Assembly (NCBI GenBank): GCA_965237835.1
Contig: OZ250160.1
Span: 2,675,397-2,739,396 of the forward strand
DNA length: 64,000 nt
Source: Candidatus Poribacteria bacterium
GTDB taxonomy: Bacteria > Poribacteria > WGA-4E > WGA-3G
Reading direction: 5' to 3'
Each line of letters begins with the position of its first letter. The first letter of the stretch is position 1. The position numbers were made by a program, and so were the translations under genes. Shown one piece after another: positions 19,309 to 28,516 of the stretch. Under the pieces are notes generated by a model that made no database searches, had not been told where the DNA came from, and was given only the letters and a program-made list of their open reading frames with translations.

Positions 19309-20490
19309 TTGATTACACTTGCAGAACGGTTACAAAAACTTCCACCTTATCTATTTGTAGATTTACGTCAGAAAATGGCGGCTGCCAAAGCGCGTGGCGT
19401 TGATGTCATCAGTCTTGGCATCGGTGACCCTGATTTTCCAACCCCTGATCCGGTCGTACAAACCTTGTGTAGTACAATTCAAAATCCAGAAGACTCCGAC
19501 AGACACCGTTATGGATGTGACAGTCCTGTCCCTGAATTTCCACAAGCAGTTAGCGAATTCTATCAACACCGTTTTGGTGTTGCCTTGTCTGATGACCAGA
19601 TTGTAACTACGCTCGGTAGCAAAGACGCAATTGTCAAAATGGCGTTGGGTATACTAAATCCTGGTGATATTGGCATCGCTGCAAGCCCCGGCTATCCTAC
19701 CTATAACATTGGACACGTATTTGCCAGTGCAACCACACACTATGCACCCCTCCTAAGAGAAAATGATTTTTATGTAGACTTTGATGCCATTCCAGACGAT
19801 GTGAAACGTCTCGCGAAAGTCCTCTGGATAAACTATCCAAACAACCCTACAACAGCAACGGCTGATCTGGATTTTTTTGAATGCGCTGTTGAATTTGGAC
19901 GGCAAAACAACATCCTCATCGCACACGACAACGCTTATAGTGAAAACACTTACGACGGTTATCGCTCTCCAAGCATCCTTCAGGTAGAAGGTGCAGAAGA
20001 AGTTGCAGTTGAATTTTTCTCTTTGAGTAAAGCGTTCAATATGACGGGTTGGCGATTAGGATTTGTAGTTGGAAACCCAATTGCTGTTGAAGCAGTGAAA
20101 AAAGTGAAAGATAATATTGACAATGGGTCGCTGCGTGCATTACAATTCTCTGGAGCGAAAGCTCTGTCAATTGCCGACAAAGTTACATCTAAACTCAACG
20201 AAATTTACCAAAGACGGAGAGATACGGTCGTTGATACGCTTACACAAAGCGGATGGGCACTTGAAAAACCTAAGGCAACGATGTACGTCTGGGCACCAGT
20301 ACCAGAACGTTTTAATGGATCAAGTCGTGCATTTGCCACAGAACTTCTTGAAGAAGCAGGTGTTGTTGTAACGCCCGGACTCGGATATGGACAATGGAGC
20401 GAAGGCTATTTCCGAATCTCTCTTACTTATCCTGACCAAGTAATTGAAGAGGCTATTTCTCGAATTCGAGATTTTTCTTCTAAATCGTAA
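19309..20490 (+). CDS. Class I/II PLP aminotransferase, most similar to LL-diaminopimelate aminotransferase (DapL)-type
   Basis: The N-terminus LPPYLFVDLRQKMAAAKARGVDVISLGIGDPDFPTP fits the DapL/ALAT-like subfamily. SLSKAFNMTGWRLG carries the PLP Lys. It starts with TTG. Proximity to dapB is consistent with a role in the DAP pathway. Confidence 0.6.
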   Translation: MITLAERLQKLPPYLFVDLRQKMAAAKARGVDVISLGIGDPDFPTPDPVVQTLCSTIQNPEDSDRHRYGCDSPVPEFPQAVSEFYQHRFGVALSDDQIVTTLGSKDAIVKMALGILNPGDIGIAASPGYPTYNIGHVFASATTHYAPLLRENDFYVDFDAIPDDVKRLAKVLWINYPNNPTTATADLDFFECAVEFGRQNNILIAHDNAYSENTYDGYRSPSILQVEGAEEVAVEFFSLSKAFNMTGWRLGFVVGNPIAVEAVKKVKDNIDNGSLRALQFSGAKALSIADKVTSKLNEIYQRRRDTVVDTLTQSGWALEKPKATMYVWAPVPERFNGSSRAFATELLEEAGVVVTPGLGYGQWSEGYFRISLTYPDQVIEEAISRIRDFSSKS

Positions 20491-20530
20491 TAAGTCTTTT
20501 ATACCGCTTGAAAATATAAGGTGGTGTGTT

Positions 20531-23500
20531 GTGAATCGATTGAAAAATATAATTTTTATCTTAATCTTTACTTTTTGTTGTGGAATCGTTAAATTCGCTG
20601 CTGCCTTTGAACAGATGAAAACCTACACTGTTGCAGACGGTCTCGTAGGTCCCATAGTTCCCGTTATTTTTCAGGATAGCCGAGGGGTTCTTTGGTTTGG
20701 TTCTGATCGGAGTGGCATAAGCCGTTTTGATGGAAATACTTTTGTGCCTTACTCTGGCGATTCAGAGGTCCTGCGTGGTAGAACCAAAAACATTGTTGAA
20801 GATAAGTGGGGACACATTTGGTTCCTGAGTAAACATCCATCAGAAGGCATTGGTGTTATCAGTAGATACAACGGAAATACTTTTGAATTTGAACAAATTG
20901 GTGAAGGAAACTGTATTGCAGTTGATAATGAAGGAGATGTCTGGGTCGGTGGCAACAATACTGTAACCCGATTTACTTCGGAAAATAACCAAGATATCCC
21001 TCAACCCATCCCAATCAGCATCAGTGGACCTTCTGTCTCAAAGATAAACGTAATTTTTCAAAGCCGAGAGGGCACATTCTGGATAGGTGGAAACGACGCA
21101 CAAGGTGTCCTTATTATGAGGTTCCAACACGACAGAGATACGTTCCAAACTGGAAACCTACAACGTATGGATAGCCTGCCGAACCTTCCAAAAGATCGTG
21201 CTGTTCAGGTTATCGTCCAAGACCAGGATAACAACCTTTGGTTTGGTGGACAATCTCTCCTTATTCATTATGATGACACGCAATTTGAGACAGTATTGAA
21301 TACTACAGGTTCCAGTGGGCAAGTCGGAACACCTCAAACACCCAATTTTGCCAGAAATGGGAATGTTTCGGTAAAAAGTGATAAACACGGAAGAATATGG
21401 TTTAGTGATAACAAACAATTAAGATGGTGGGATGGTAAAAGCCTTCAACGATTGAGAAATTTCACGCTGGAAGCAAACCAAAATTCCTATCTCCAAGGAT
21501 CCTTTGAAATTGAAGATGCTTGGGACAAACTTTGGTTTGCAAGTGAAACTGGAGCATATCATTACGAAAATAAATATTTTGAACAAGATACTGCTGACAT
21601 TTTTCAATTGGAGTCACCGCTTACTGATTCACCAGAATTGGCTCCAAGAGTTTACCGAGTAGACGATGGGATCGGTAGTGATAACATCCTAACTATCTTT
21701 GAAGCGATGGACGGTAAAATTTGGTTTGGTCACGATAACGGTGTAACGTCGTTTGAACCACAACCCGTTATCGTTAATCACACCACCCGTGCTAATTTAG
21801 GTAGCAATAGTGTTAGAATGATGTCAACAGATAGCACAGGAACCCTTTGGTTCACTATTCCTGGCGGTGTTGCCCGATATGATGCGAAAGCGGATAAACT
21901 CATTGAATTTCCATTAGGACATTCTGCTGTGCAAAACGAATCTTCCAAAATCGAGATCAAAATTGGAAATCAGCGACAAAATAGACGCACCGATATTATG
22001 AATATTTTTGAAGCGGATGGATATATTTGGTTTCTGGATAGACCTATACAACACCAAGATTCATATACGTTATACAGAATCTTCCGCTATAGAAATGGGG
22101 AATTTGAGAATTTCTCACTGCAAATCCGTGCTAATATTGGCCCAGGAGGTGAAACGAACTACAATGATTCAAAAACGCATATATCATCAGGAACTAATTC
22201 TTGGATAACATTAGGTGGATGGGTTTTCTTGCCGAGGAGCAATGGGTTGCACAGACTTTCACCTGAAGGTGAAATACGAATTTTTGCTTTTGATACTACC
22301 CAATCTTTACCATCACCTACCGATGCAGTAACCGCGTTACACTCTGATAGCAAAAATCGACTATGGTGTTATTTTGAAACAGGCGAAGTAAAACGGTACA
22401 CAAATATTCGTGTCCGAGGAAACCAAGTCGGTGGTGATATACATGTTGAAGTACTTCCGCTGCGATCAGTGGTTCCAGTATTAGGTATTTCTGAAGGGAA
22501 AACTGTAAAGTGGTTTTACAACACTGTAAGTGGACAATTAATGTATTGGCAGAATCCTGACCTTGGGAATACGCCTACTGAACTTCCCGGTGCAGCAAGT
22601 GGTCCACCGCTTTTGACTGTCCAAACTTCCACTGTTGCAACAGAAATGCAGAATGGGAATACTACTGAATCGCCTCAAAAATCATTAGAATTAATTACTT
22701 TTGTTTTTCAGGATGGTATAAAAACATACCAAGGAACTGAGTTGAAGAATGCTGTTTCGGTTGAACTAAATAAGGTTAATGGAGCAATTACTTCCTCAGA
22801 CGGCGATCTCTGGTTAGCCACCTCTCAGGGAGCAATCCGATATGATGGAGTGGATGTTACCACATATACAATCGCTGATGGTTTCCTCGTTGATGATTTA
22901 CGTGATGTGCATGAAGATCATTGGGGTAATCTATGGTTCGCTACGTGGGGAGGCGGCGTAGTCCGATACGATGGCGACTCTTTCCAATCGGTTACTACCA
23001 AGGATGGTCTTATTCATAATAATGTTTCAAGCATTCAAGCATCTAATGAAAAAGATCTATGGTTTGCAACAGAAGGCGGTGCTACGCAGTACCGTCCGAG
23101 TCTTGGGGCACTTCCGTTTTGTCGCATCGTCTCTGTTGATGCTGGAAAATCGTTCACTGAACCTTTTATGGTAGAATCAGGCAAACGTACATTTACTGAG
23201 ATTGAAGAACTACTGCCTGCACGGCTCAAAGACTTGACTATCCATTTTCAAGGTATTAGTCCACTCAGGGATGATGTAGAATACAAATTCAGATTAATAG
23301 GTGTAGATAATAACGCATGGACAAGTGTTTCATCTGACAAGAAACGACTTGATGAAACCACACTTAAAAGTGATGTAAAACAATATTATCAACCACAGGA
23401 AGTTGGAGCATCCAAGAGTTTACCTCAAATTCGCTATGAAGGATTGAAATCGGGGAATTATACTTTTTTGATAAAAGCATTTCGTGAAGGCTGGCCCTAT

Positions 23501-24424
23501 ACACAACAACCTGCTGTCTTGAACTTTACTATTGATCAGCCTATTTGGAGCAGGTGGCGCAATTATCTACCAACGTTGATCTTTATAGCAGCAGTCGGGT
23601 CCTTGCTGTTTAGATTGATTGTGAACCGTAAACACACCGCGCAGTTACGCCTTGAAATGCGTGAAAAAGAAGAAGCAGATATGCAACGAATCCGGGCTGA
23701 ATTGAACGAAGCACAGAATATCCAAATGGGACTCTTGCCTGATGAAGCACCACATACACAAGATTTTGATATTGCAGGGAAGTCAATGCCAGCAACGCAG
23801 GTCGGAGGGGATTTTTTCGACTACTTGACTGTGGCAAACGGGCAAACTGCTATTGCTGTGGCTGATGCTGCAGGAAAAGGAATACGCGGTGCAATGAATG
23901 CTGTACTAACGAACGGAATGTTGCATGAAGTCGCTCGATTTAAATCAGACGCAGATGTTATCCTAACTGACCTTAATGCAGGATTGGCACCACGGATGTA
24001 TGGACCCAGTTTTATCGCACTCAACTTGGCAGTCCTTAACGAAGTTGATAAGCAAGTTGACTACGCAAACGGTGGACAACCTTACCCTATTCTCAAAAGG
24101 GGCTCAGAAATAATCGAAATTGAAAATAGCGATCTGCCTCTCGGCGGCATGAAAGGTGTTCAGTATGAATCTGTCACTGTGGATTTAGAAGAAGGAGATT
24201 TCTTTATCTTCCATTCGGATGGTTTGATAGAAGCTCTTAACGCTGAGCACGATATGTATGGAACCGAACGTTTCAAAGAGTTGGCTGCCCAAATACCTAA
24301 TGAATGCAGTGCTGAAGAGGTGATTCAACGTATCATTGATGATGTTCAAGACTTTGTTCAGGAAGCCGAACAGTACGATGATTTGACGCTTGTTGTTGTT
24401 AAACGTATAACACAATCTGAATAA
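20531..24424 (+). CDS. Membrane-anchored sensor phosphatase: periplasmic two-component-regulator-propeller repeats + Y_Y_Y domain, one transmembrane segment, cytoplasmic PP2C/SpoIIE-family phosphatase
   Basis: Many (N/D)LWFG/ATxxGGxxRYDG-type propeller repeats are present, together with Y_Y_Y-like YKFRLIG and GNYTFLIKAF. The transmembrane segment is YLPTLIFIAAVGSLLF. The C-terminal domain has GGDFFDY...ADAAGKG...HSDGL, which is PP2C/SpoIIE. It starts with GTG at 20531, preceded by AAGGTGG. Confidence 0.8.
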   Translation: MNRLKNIIFILIFTFCCGIVKFAAAFEQMKTYTVADGLVGPIVPVIFQDSRGVLWFGSDRSGISRFDGNTFVPYSGDSEVLRGRTKNIVEDKWGHIWFLSKHPSEGIGVISRYNGNTFEFEQIGEGNCIAVDNEGDVWVGGNNTVTRFTSENNQDIPQPIPISISGPSVSKINVIFQSREGTFWIGGNDAQGVLIMRFQHDRDTFQTGNLQRMDSLPNLPKDRAVQVIVQDQDNNLWFGGQSLLIHYDDTQFETVLNTTGSSGQVGTPQTPNFARNGNVSVKSDKHGRIWFSDNKQLRWWDGKSLQRLRNFTLEANQNSYLQGSFEIEDAWDKLWFASETGAYHYENKYFEQDTADIFQLESPLTDSPELAPRVYRVDDGIGSDNILTIFEAMDGKIWFGHDNGVTSFEPQPVIVNHTTRANLGSNSVRMMSTDSTGTLWFTIPGGVARYDAKADKLIEFPLGHSAVQNESSKIEIKIGNQRQNRRTDIMNIFEADGYIWFLDRPIQHQDSYTLYRIFRYRNGEFENFSLQIRANIGPGGETNYNDSKTHISSGTNSWITLGGWVFLPRSNGLHRLSPEGEIRIFAFDTTQSLPSPTDAVTALHSDSKNRLWCYFETGEVKRYTNIRVRGNQVGGDIHVEVLPLRSVVPVLGISEGKTVKWFYNTVSGQLMYWQNPDLGNTPTELPGAASGPPLLTVQTSTVATEMQNGNTTESPQKSLELITFVFQDGIKTYQGTELKNAVSVELNKVNGAITSSDGDLWLATSQGAIRYDGVDVTTYTIADGFLVDDLRDVHEDHWGNLWFATWGGGVVRYDGDSFQSVTTKDGLIHNNVSSIQASNEKDLWFATEGGATQYRPSLGALPFCRIVSVDAGKSFTEPFMVESGKRTFTEIEELLPARLKDLTIHFQGISPLRDDVEYKFRLIGVDNNAWTSVSSDKKRLDETTLKSDVKQYYQPQEVGASKSLPQIRYEGLKSGNYTFLIKAFREGWPYTQQPAVLNFTIDQPIWSRWRNYLPTLIFIAAVGSLLFRLIVNRKHTAQLRLEMREKEEADMQRIRAELNEAQNIQMGLLPDEAPHTQDFDIAGKSMPATQVGGDFFDYLTVANGQTAIAVADAAGKGIRGAMNAVLTNGMLHEVARFKSDADVILTDLNAGLAPRMYGPSFIALNLAVLNEVDKQVDYANGGQPYPILKRGSEIIEIENSDLPLGGMKGVQYESVTVDLEEGDFFIFHSDGLIEALNAEHDMYGTERFKELAAQIPNECSAEEVIQRIIDDVQDFVQEAEQYDDLTLVVVKRITQSE

Positions 24425-24736
24425 CAAAATAGAGTTTGCCCACAAGGTGCTTCGTCAACTATAACAAGTGTCGTCGATCATCAATGTTCCCGACTGTCTG
24501 TTGCGTGGCTAAGAGTTCACCTCGGTCATTAATGACGAGATGGAGTTTGAACCCATAGAACCATCCGATTAAAGGTGCAAGACCCACTTTGATGGTAAGC
24601 AACAAGTATTGTCATCACCTCACTTTTATGAAGTTTTGAGAGACGATTACGCTTTTTAGATGCTTCGGTATCCTATGACATACTCCCCGAGCTAAAGCAA
24701 CGGGGTTTCTTTCACTGATTTATCAGTGTTCTCTGC

Positions 24737-25275
24737 TCAGGCAGAGCGACAGAGGTGTTGATTGTATCTAACACCAAAGGGGGATGCCAGGTCCCCGACT
24801 ACTGGGTTATTTATTAACCCAGATACTTTGTTGAATATATTTATAGCACCGACACCATCACGATGATATCTAAAATCGCATTGTTTGCAGTGATAGTTTC
24901 GGTTCTTCGGTTTCCTTCTATCACACCTTAAAAGACGGGGCTTTCAAACCGAATATTTGGTAAATGTTGGAAAACCTTCTGTTTTTCATAGTCAATATTA
25001 CAAAAGTTGTATAGTACACAGGGACAAATCAACTATGATTTGTCCCTGTGTACTATGTGTCAACTTAAGGATATATTCTTGTAGGTGAGAAACCTTATAG
25101 GATCAAAATTATTAGTTTTTCCTTTGTCTAAACCAGGATTCACAGGGTGATAGACCCCGCCCTAAAGGGCGAGGCTTCCGCAAGTTTATGCGAAAGCATT
25201 TGTGGTATCAACAAGGGTTGCTTGCTATGCAAGTCTAACACTCTCTCCTCCAAAGGTTGCTACCCCAACCTTGAA
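24737..25275 (-). pseudogene. tnpB: Decayed IS200/IS605-family tnpB (RuvC-like / zinc-finger C-terminal part) remnant
   Basis: The minus-strand translation gives ...CDRRKPKNRNYHCKQCDFRYHRDGVGAINIFNKVSGL. This matches the TnpB C-terminal zinc finger plus RD-x-NAA-x-NI motif. Upstream, in another frame, GWGSNLWRRE resembles the TnpB GWGEFRRQLEYK box. Multiple stops and frameshifts interrupt it, and the N-terminal half is missing. Confidence 0.5.
25011..25056. repeat. Perfect 46-bp palindrome (21-bp stem, 4-nt loop): ATAGTACACAGGGACAAATCA-ACTA-TGATTTGTCCCTGTGTACTAT
   Basis: Read directly from the sequence. It lies inside the tnpB remnant, where it interrupts a VD..YT(SQ)-like stretch. Confidence 0.9.
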
Positions 25276-25764
25276 TTGTAAAATAGATAGAATCAACCAA
25301 GATTCACCATTACGCGTCTTTCTTGGTATATGAAATGCCACAAATGTAAGTTTTTGAATTAGCAGCAAAAATGTTCCGTTGAAGCGTCCAGTCTGATATT
25401 AATTATATCACATTTTTTGACGAAGGTCAAGGTTTTTTCAACAATGGAGGTCTTGGTTTCCGCTACTACATCCCCGCCTTGAAAGGCGAGGTTTTGTAGC
25501 GGAAGATTTGATAATAGGATTTACAAGAATGTGTTTCTGCTGCAGACAACGAATCTTGTAGAATAAATATTGCCGACAACTCCGTTCAAAGGATTTGATA
25601 AAGAATAATCCGGTAATCTTGTAAATTCTGGTTCAGGCAAAAAATCTGCTTAGAAAGTCCTTCCATCAGAAAGAAAACACTCTCAATTGACACCTATGAG
25701 TTTAACACCATGAAACCCGACGACACAAAATCGTTTGCATTCAACCATCAGCGAATTGAATTCA

Positions 25765-27465
25765 TTAAGGGGTAAAAACCTCAAGAGCTTTTGCGGTAAT
25801 ACAACCCGCAATCGTACTCGCCACTTTTCCTTGAAAATCTGCTCTAATTATTGCTACTGCTTCTTCTATAGCCAGGTTTTCCTGACGGAATTTCCGCCAG
25901 AGATCGATACTCAGTCCATAAAGATAGTCATCAATAAGGGCTTCATCTCCAGCATCAAGCCTGGCTAAAAAGGCTGCAGATTCGGCTTCGTATTCACTTA
26001 TACACTGTGCAGAAAGTGCAGTATAGGTAGCATTGCTTGTGCCTGATTCATTTTTAAGTATAGATATCCGAAAATTGTTTGATGGATCAACTTCCATTGC
26101 CACTATCTTATCGCTTAAATAGTTTGCCATTCCACCATAATGTTCATCAATATACTTTTTTGCGATCAAGGTTGATGTAGGCAAATTACCTCGATCAGAT
26201 GTAGTACTCATATCTATAGTTATAAGAAATATCTGATCCAAAATAGTAAACGTTATTTCAGCATCTATTGCCACATAAGACCTTACAATTGACACGGTGA
26301 GAGTGATTGGACCTGGACTTCCCGGCGTTTTTGATGGTGTAAAAGTAAATTCAACGTAGCCGCTTGAATCTGCTCTTGTTGGGGACATGCCCGGTGTAGT
26401 CATATTATTGATATAGCCTATTCCAGATGGAACATTAATCGCCATTCTTGCACCTGGATACGTTTGCAGTATGACTAAATTCGATGTTTCACCAACTCGA
26501 ACAGTCTGATTGTTCCCAGAAACAACTTGCACATTACCGGTTACCTGTTGCTGTTGCTGTTGCGCCGCAATAAGCGGTTCTGATTCTTCCTCAACAAAAG
26601 TAAGCGTTGATTGTTGCAGCGAGTTAGGATCCTCCTGTTCAGTCTGTGTATCCTGCTGTTGCTGCGAGTTGGGATCCTCCTGTTCAGTCTGTGTATCCTG
26701 CTGTTGCTGCGAGTTGGGATCCTCCTGTTCAGTCTGTGTATCCTGCTGTTGCTGCGAGTTGGGATCCTCCTGTTCAGTCTGTGTATCCTGCTGTTGCTGC
26801 GAGTTAGGATCCTCCTGTTCAGTCTGTGTATCCCACTGTTGTTGCGAGTTAGGATCCTGCTGTTCAGTCTGTGTATTCTGCTGTTCAGTCTGAGTATCCT
26901 GCTGTTTAGTCTGAGTATCCTGCTGTTTAGTCTGAGTATCCTGCTGTTTAGTCTGAGTATTCTGCTGTTCAGTCTGAGTATTCTGCTGTTCAGTCTGAGT
27001 ATTCTTCTGTTTAGTCTGAGTATCCTGCTGTTCAGTCTGAGTATTCTTCTGTTTAGTCTGAGTATCCTGCTGTTCAGTCTGAGTATTCTGCTGTCCAGTC
27101 TGAGTATTCTGCTGTCCAGTCTGAGTATTCTGCTGTTCAGTCTGAGTATTCTGCTGTTCAGTTTGTGTATTCTGCTGTTCAGTTTGTGTATTCTGCTGTC
27201 CAGTCTGTATATTCTGCTGTCCAGTCTGTGCAGGCTGTGTGTTAGGATCCGGTTTACCATCGTGAGAGACAACTTCTACAACATTAGCTAATTTACCTCC
27301 GACAAGGATAATATTGCCGGATTCATCTTTCTGATAGACAACTTCTGCATCGTCAAGCACCTCAGCATTTATCACCTTATCAACACTCAAAAGCTGAGTG
27401 AAAGACTTATCACAACTCATGATTAAACATAGTAACAATATCCACAAAACATTGATTTTATACAT
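25765..27465 (-). CDS. Putative lipoprotein with Gln/Thr-rich tandem-repeat region (QTEQQNT heptads and QQQDTQTEQEDPNSQ 15-mers) and a roughly 300-aa non-repetitive C-terminal domain
   Basis: Signal/lipobox MYKINVLWILLLCLIMSC. About 16 heptad repeats and about 5.5 15-aa repeats follow. No recognisable catalytic motifs. Confidence 0.7.
   Translation of the reverse strand: MYKINVLWILLLCLIMSCDKSFTQLLSVDKVINAEVLDDAEVVYQKDESGNIILVGGKLANVVEVVSHDGKPDPNTQPAQTGQQNIQTGQQNTQTEQQNTQTEQQNTQTEQQNTQTGQQNTQTGQQNTQTEQQDTQTKQKNTQTEQQDTQTKQKNTQTEQQNTQTEQQNTQTKQQDTQTKQQDTQTKQQDTQTEQQNTQTEQQDPNSQQQWDTQTEQEDPNSQQQQDTQTEQEDPNSQQQQDTQTEQEDPNSQQQQDTQTEQEDPNSQQQQDTQTEQEDPNSLQQSTLTFVEEESEPLIAAQQQQQQVTGNVQVVSGNNQTVRVGETSNLVILQTYPGARMAINVPSGIGYINNMTTPGMSPTRADSSGYVEFTFTPSKTPGSPGPITLTVSIVRSYVAIDAEITFTILDQIFLITIDMSTTSDRGNLPTSTLIAKKYIDEHYGGMANYLSDKIVAMEVDPSNNFRISILKNESGTSNATYTALSAQCISEYEAESAAFLARLDAGDEALIDDYLYGLSIDLWRKFRQENLAIEEAVAIIRADFQGKVASTIAGCITAKALEVFTP
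26620..27225. repeat. Intragenic tandem DNA repeats: about 5.5 x 45 bp (26620-26868) followed by about 16 x 21 bp (26869-27225)
   Basis: The 21-bp unit CTGTTCAGTCTGAGTATTCTG recurs with C/T variants. The 45-bp unit is GTTGCTGCGAGTTGGGATCCTCCTGTTCAGTCTGTGTATCCTGCT. The overlapping antisense ORFs at 26510-27291 are artefacts of the repeats. Confidence 0.9.
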
Positions 27466-27899
27466 TAATATCTCCTTATTGATATATGCATTGCCTTTGT
27501 TCAGTTTTTAAGACGATACATAATTAAACGACTTTTGCTTATTAACATTTTTCTATCTGTCTCTGAATCAGTATATTGCAAAGGAGCAGATAGTTAATTA
27601 ACTTCACAATAGACATAAATGTAATTTGAGTTTTTAATTCGGCAATTCTTATTTTCTCCAGTCCCGGTAGGTGCGGTTTCCTAACTGCATCGGGTTTATA
27701 CGAGTTGACAGTCAACAATCGGTAAGGCTTCTTTGTGTGAGTGCATTGTAAGCGCGATATATAGGCGTTGAAAGCACTTTCCACAAGAGCATATATTCCT
27801 TCTTGACAATACGGTGCGGTTAGGCGGTTAGAAAACCGCACCTACCGCATTTTGTTGACGGTGTAATGCTTTTCTTAAATTGACGACTCGGTGCGGAAT

Positions 27900-28516
27900 T
27901 ACCCAATTTATTTTTAATCTTCATTAATGTCTAATGCGATTTGTTCCTATTCAACGTATTTAACAATAGATATCATACCACAATTTGCCATATTAAGTCA
28001 ATATAATTTATATATTATTTTAATATATAAATCTAATATTACTATGGTATATAAGTTACTGACGGAAAAGTCAATATAATGATGTAAAGCCAACGGTATT
28101 ATAGGGTTTGGAATTAGTTTTCAATTGTAGGTGAAATTATTGTAGGAAGGATTAGTTATAGAGAATGGATAAATAAAAGCCGAATCTATATTAGTTATCT
28201 ATATTTTTAACGATAATATATTTTATGGCTATATATTACTATAATGCCAATTCCCTTTAAACACTGTATTTATAAGATGAAGATGATAATATTCTTGAAT
28301 GAAAAACGGGATTGTGATACTGTTTTATATTAATTAATGGTATATAGCCTTCGTTGTTCAGTTTAGCAGCGCGAGTATTCATATCACCTTTCAGAACTTA
28401 CCTGATTTTACAACGCCAACTAAATTGAGGACGTATCATTAAATACCTTCAATGAATTTTAAAACTACATATACAATAACTCTTCAAAAGTGTAGAACTG
28501 CATTAGTCCTCCTTAA
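27900..28516. other. Strongly A+T-rich block (about 75% AT) immediately upstream of the 1139-aa ORF
   Basis: Long runs such as TATATATTATTTTAATATATAAATCTAATATTACTATGG. This contrasts with about 42-45% GC elsewhere in the window. Family-1 palindromic repeats lie just upstream at 27661-27900. Confidence 0.8.

Noticed and set aside
26510-27291. Cys-rich (26510..26893, +) and Leu/Ser-rich (26611..27291, +) ORFs, and the RILRLNSRI-type minus-strand ORF 26541..27272
   Set aside because: These are alternative-frame or antisense read-throughs of the 21-bp and 45-bp tandem repeats inside the Gln/Thr-repeat gene. Their periodic, low-complexity products are repeat artefacts.
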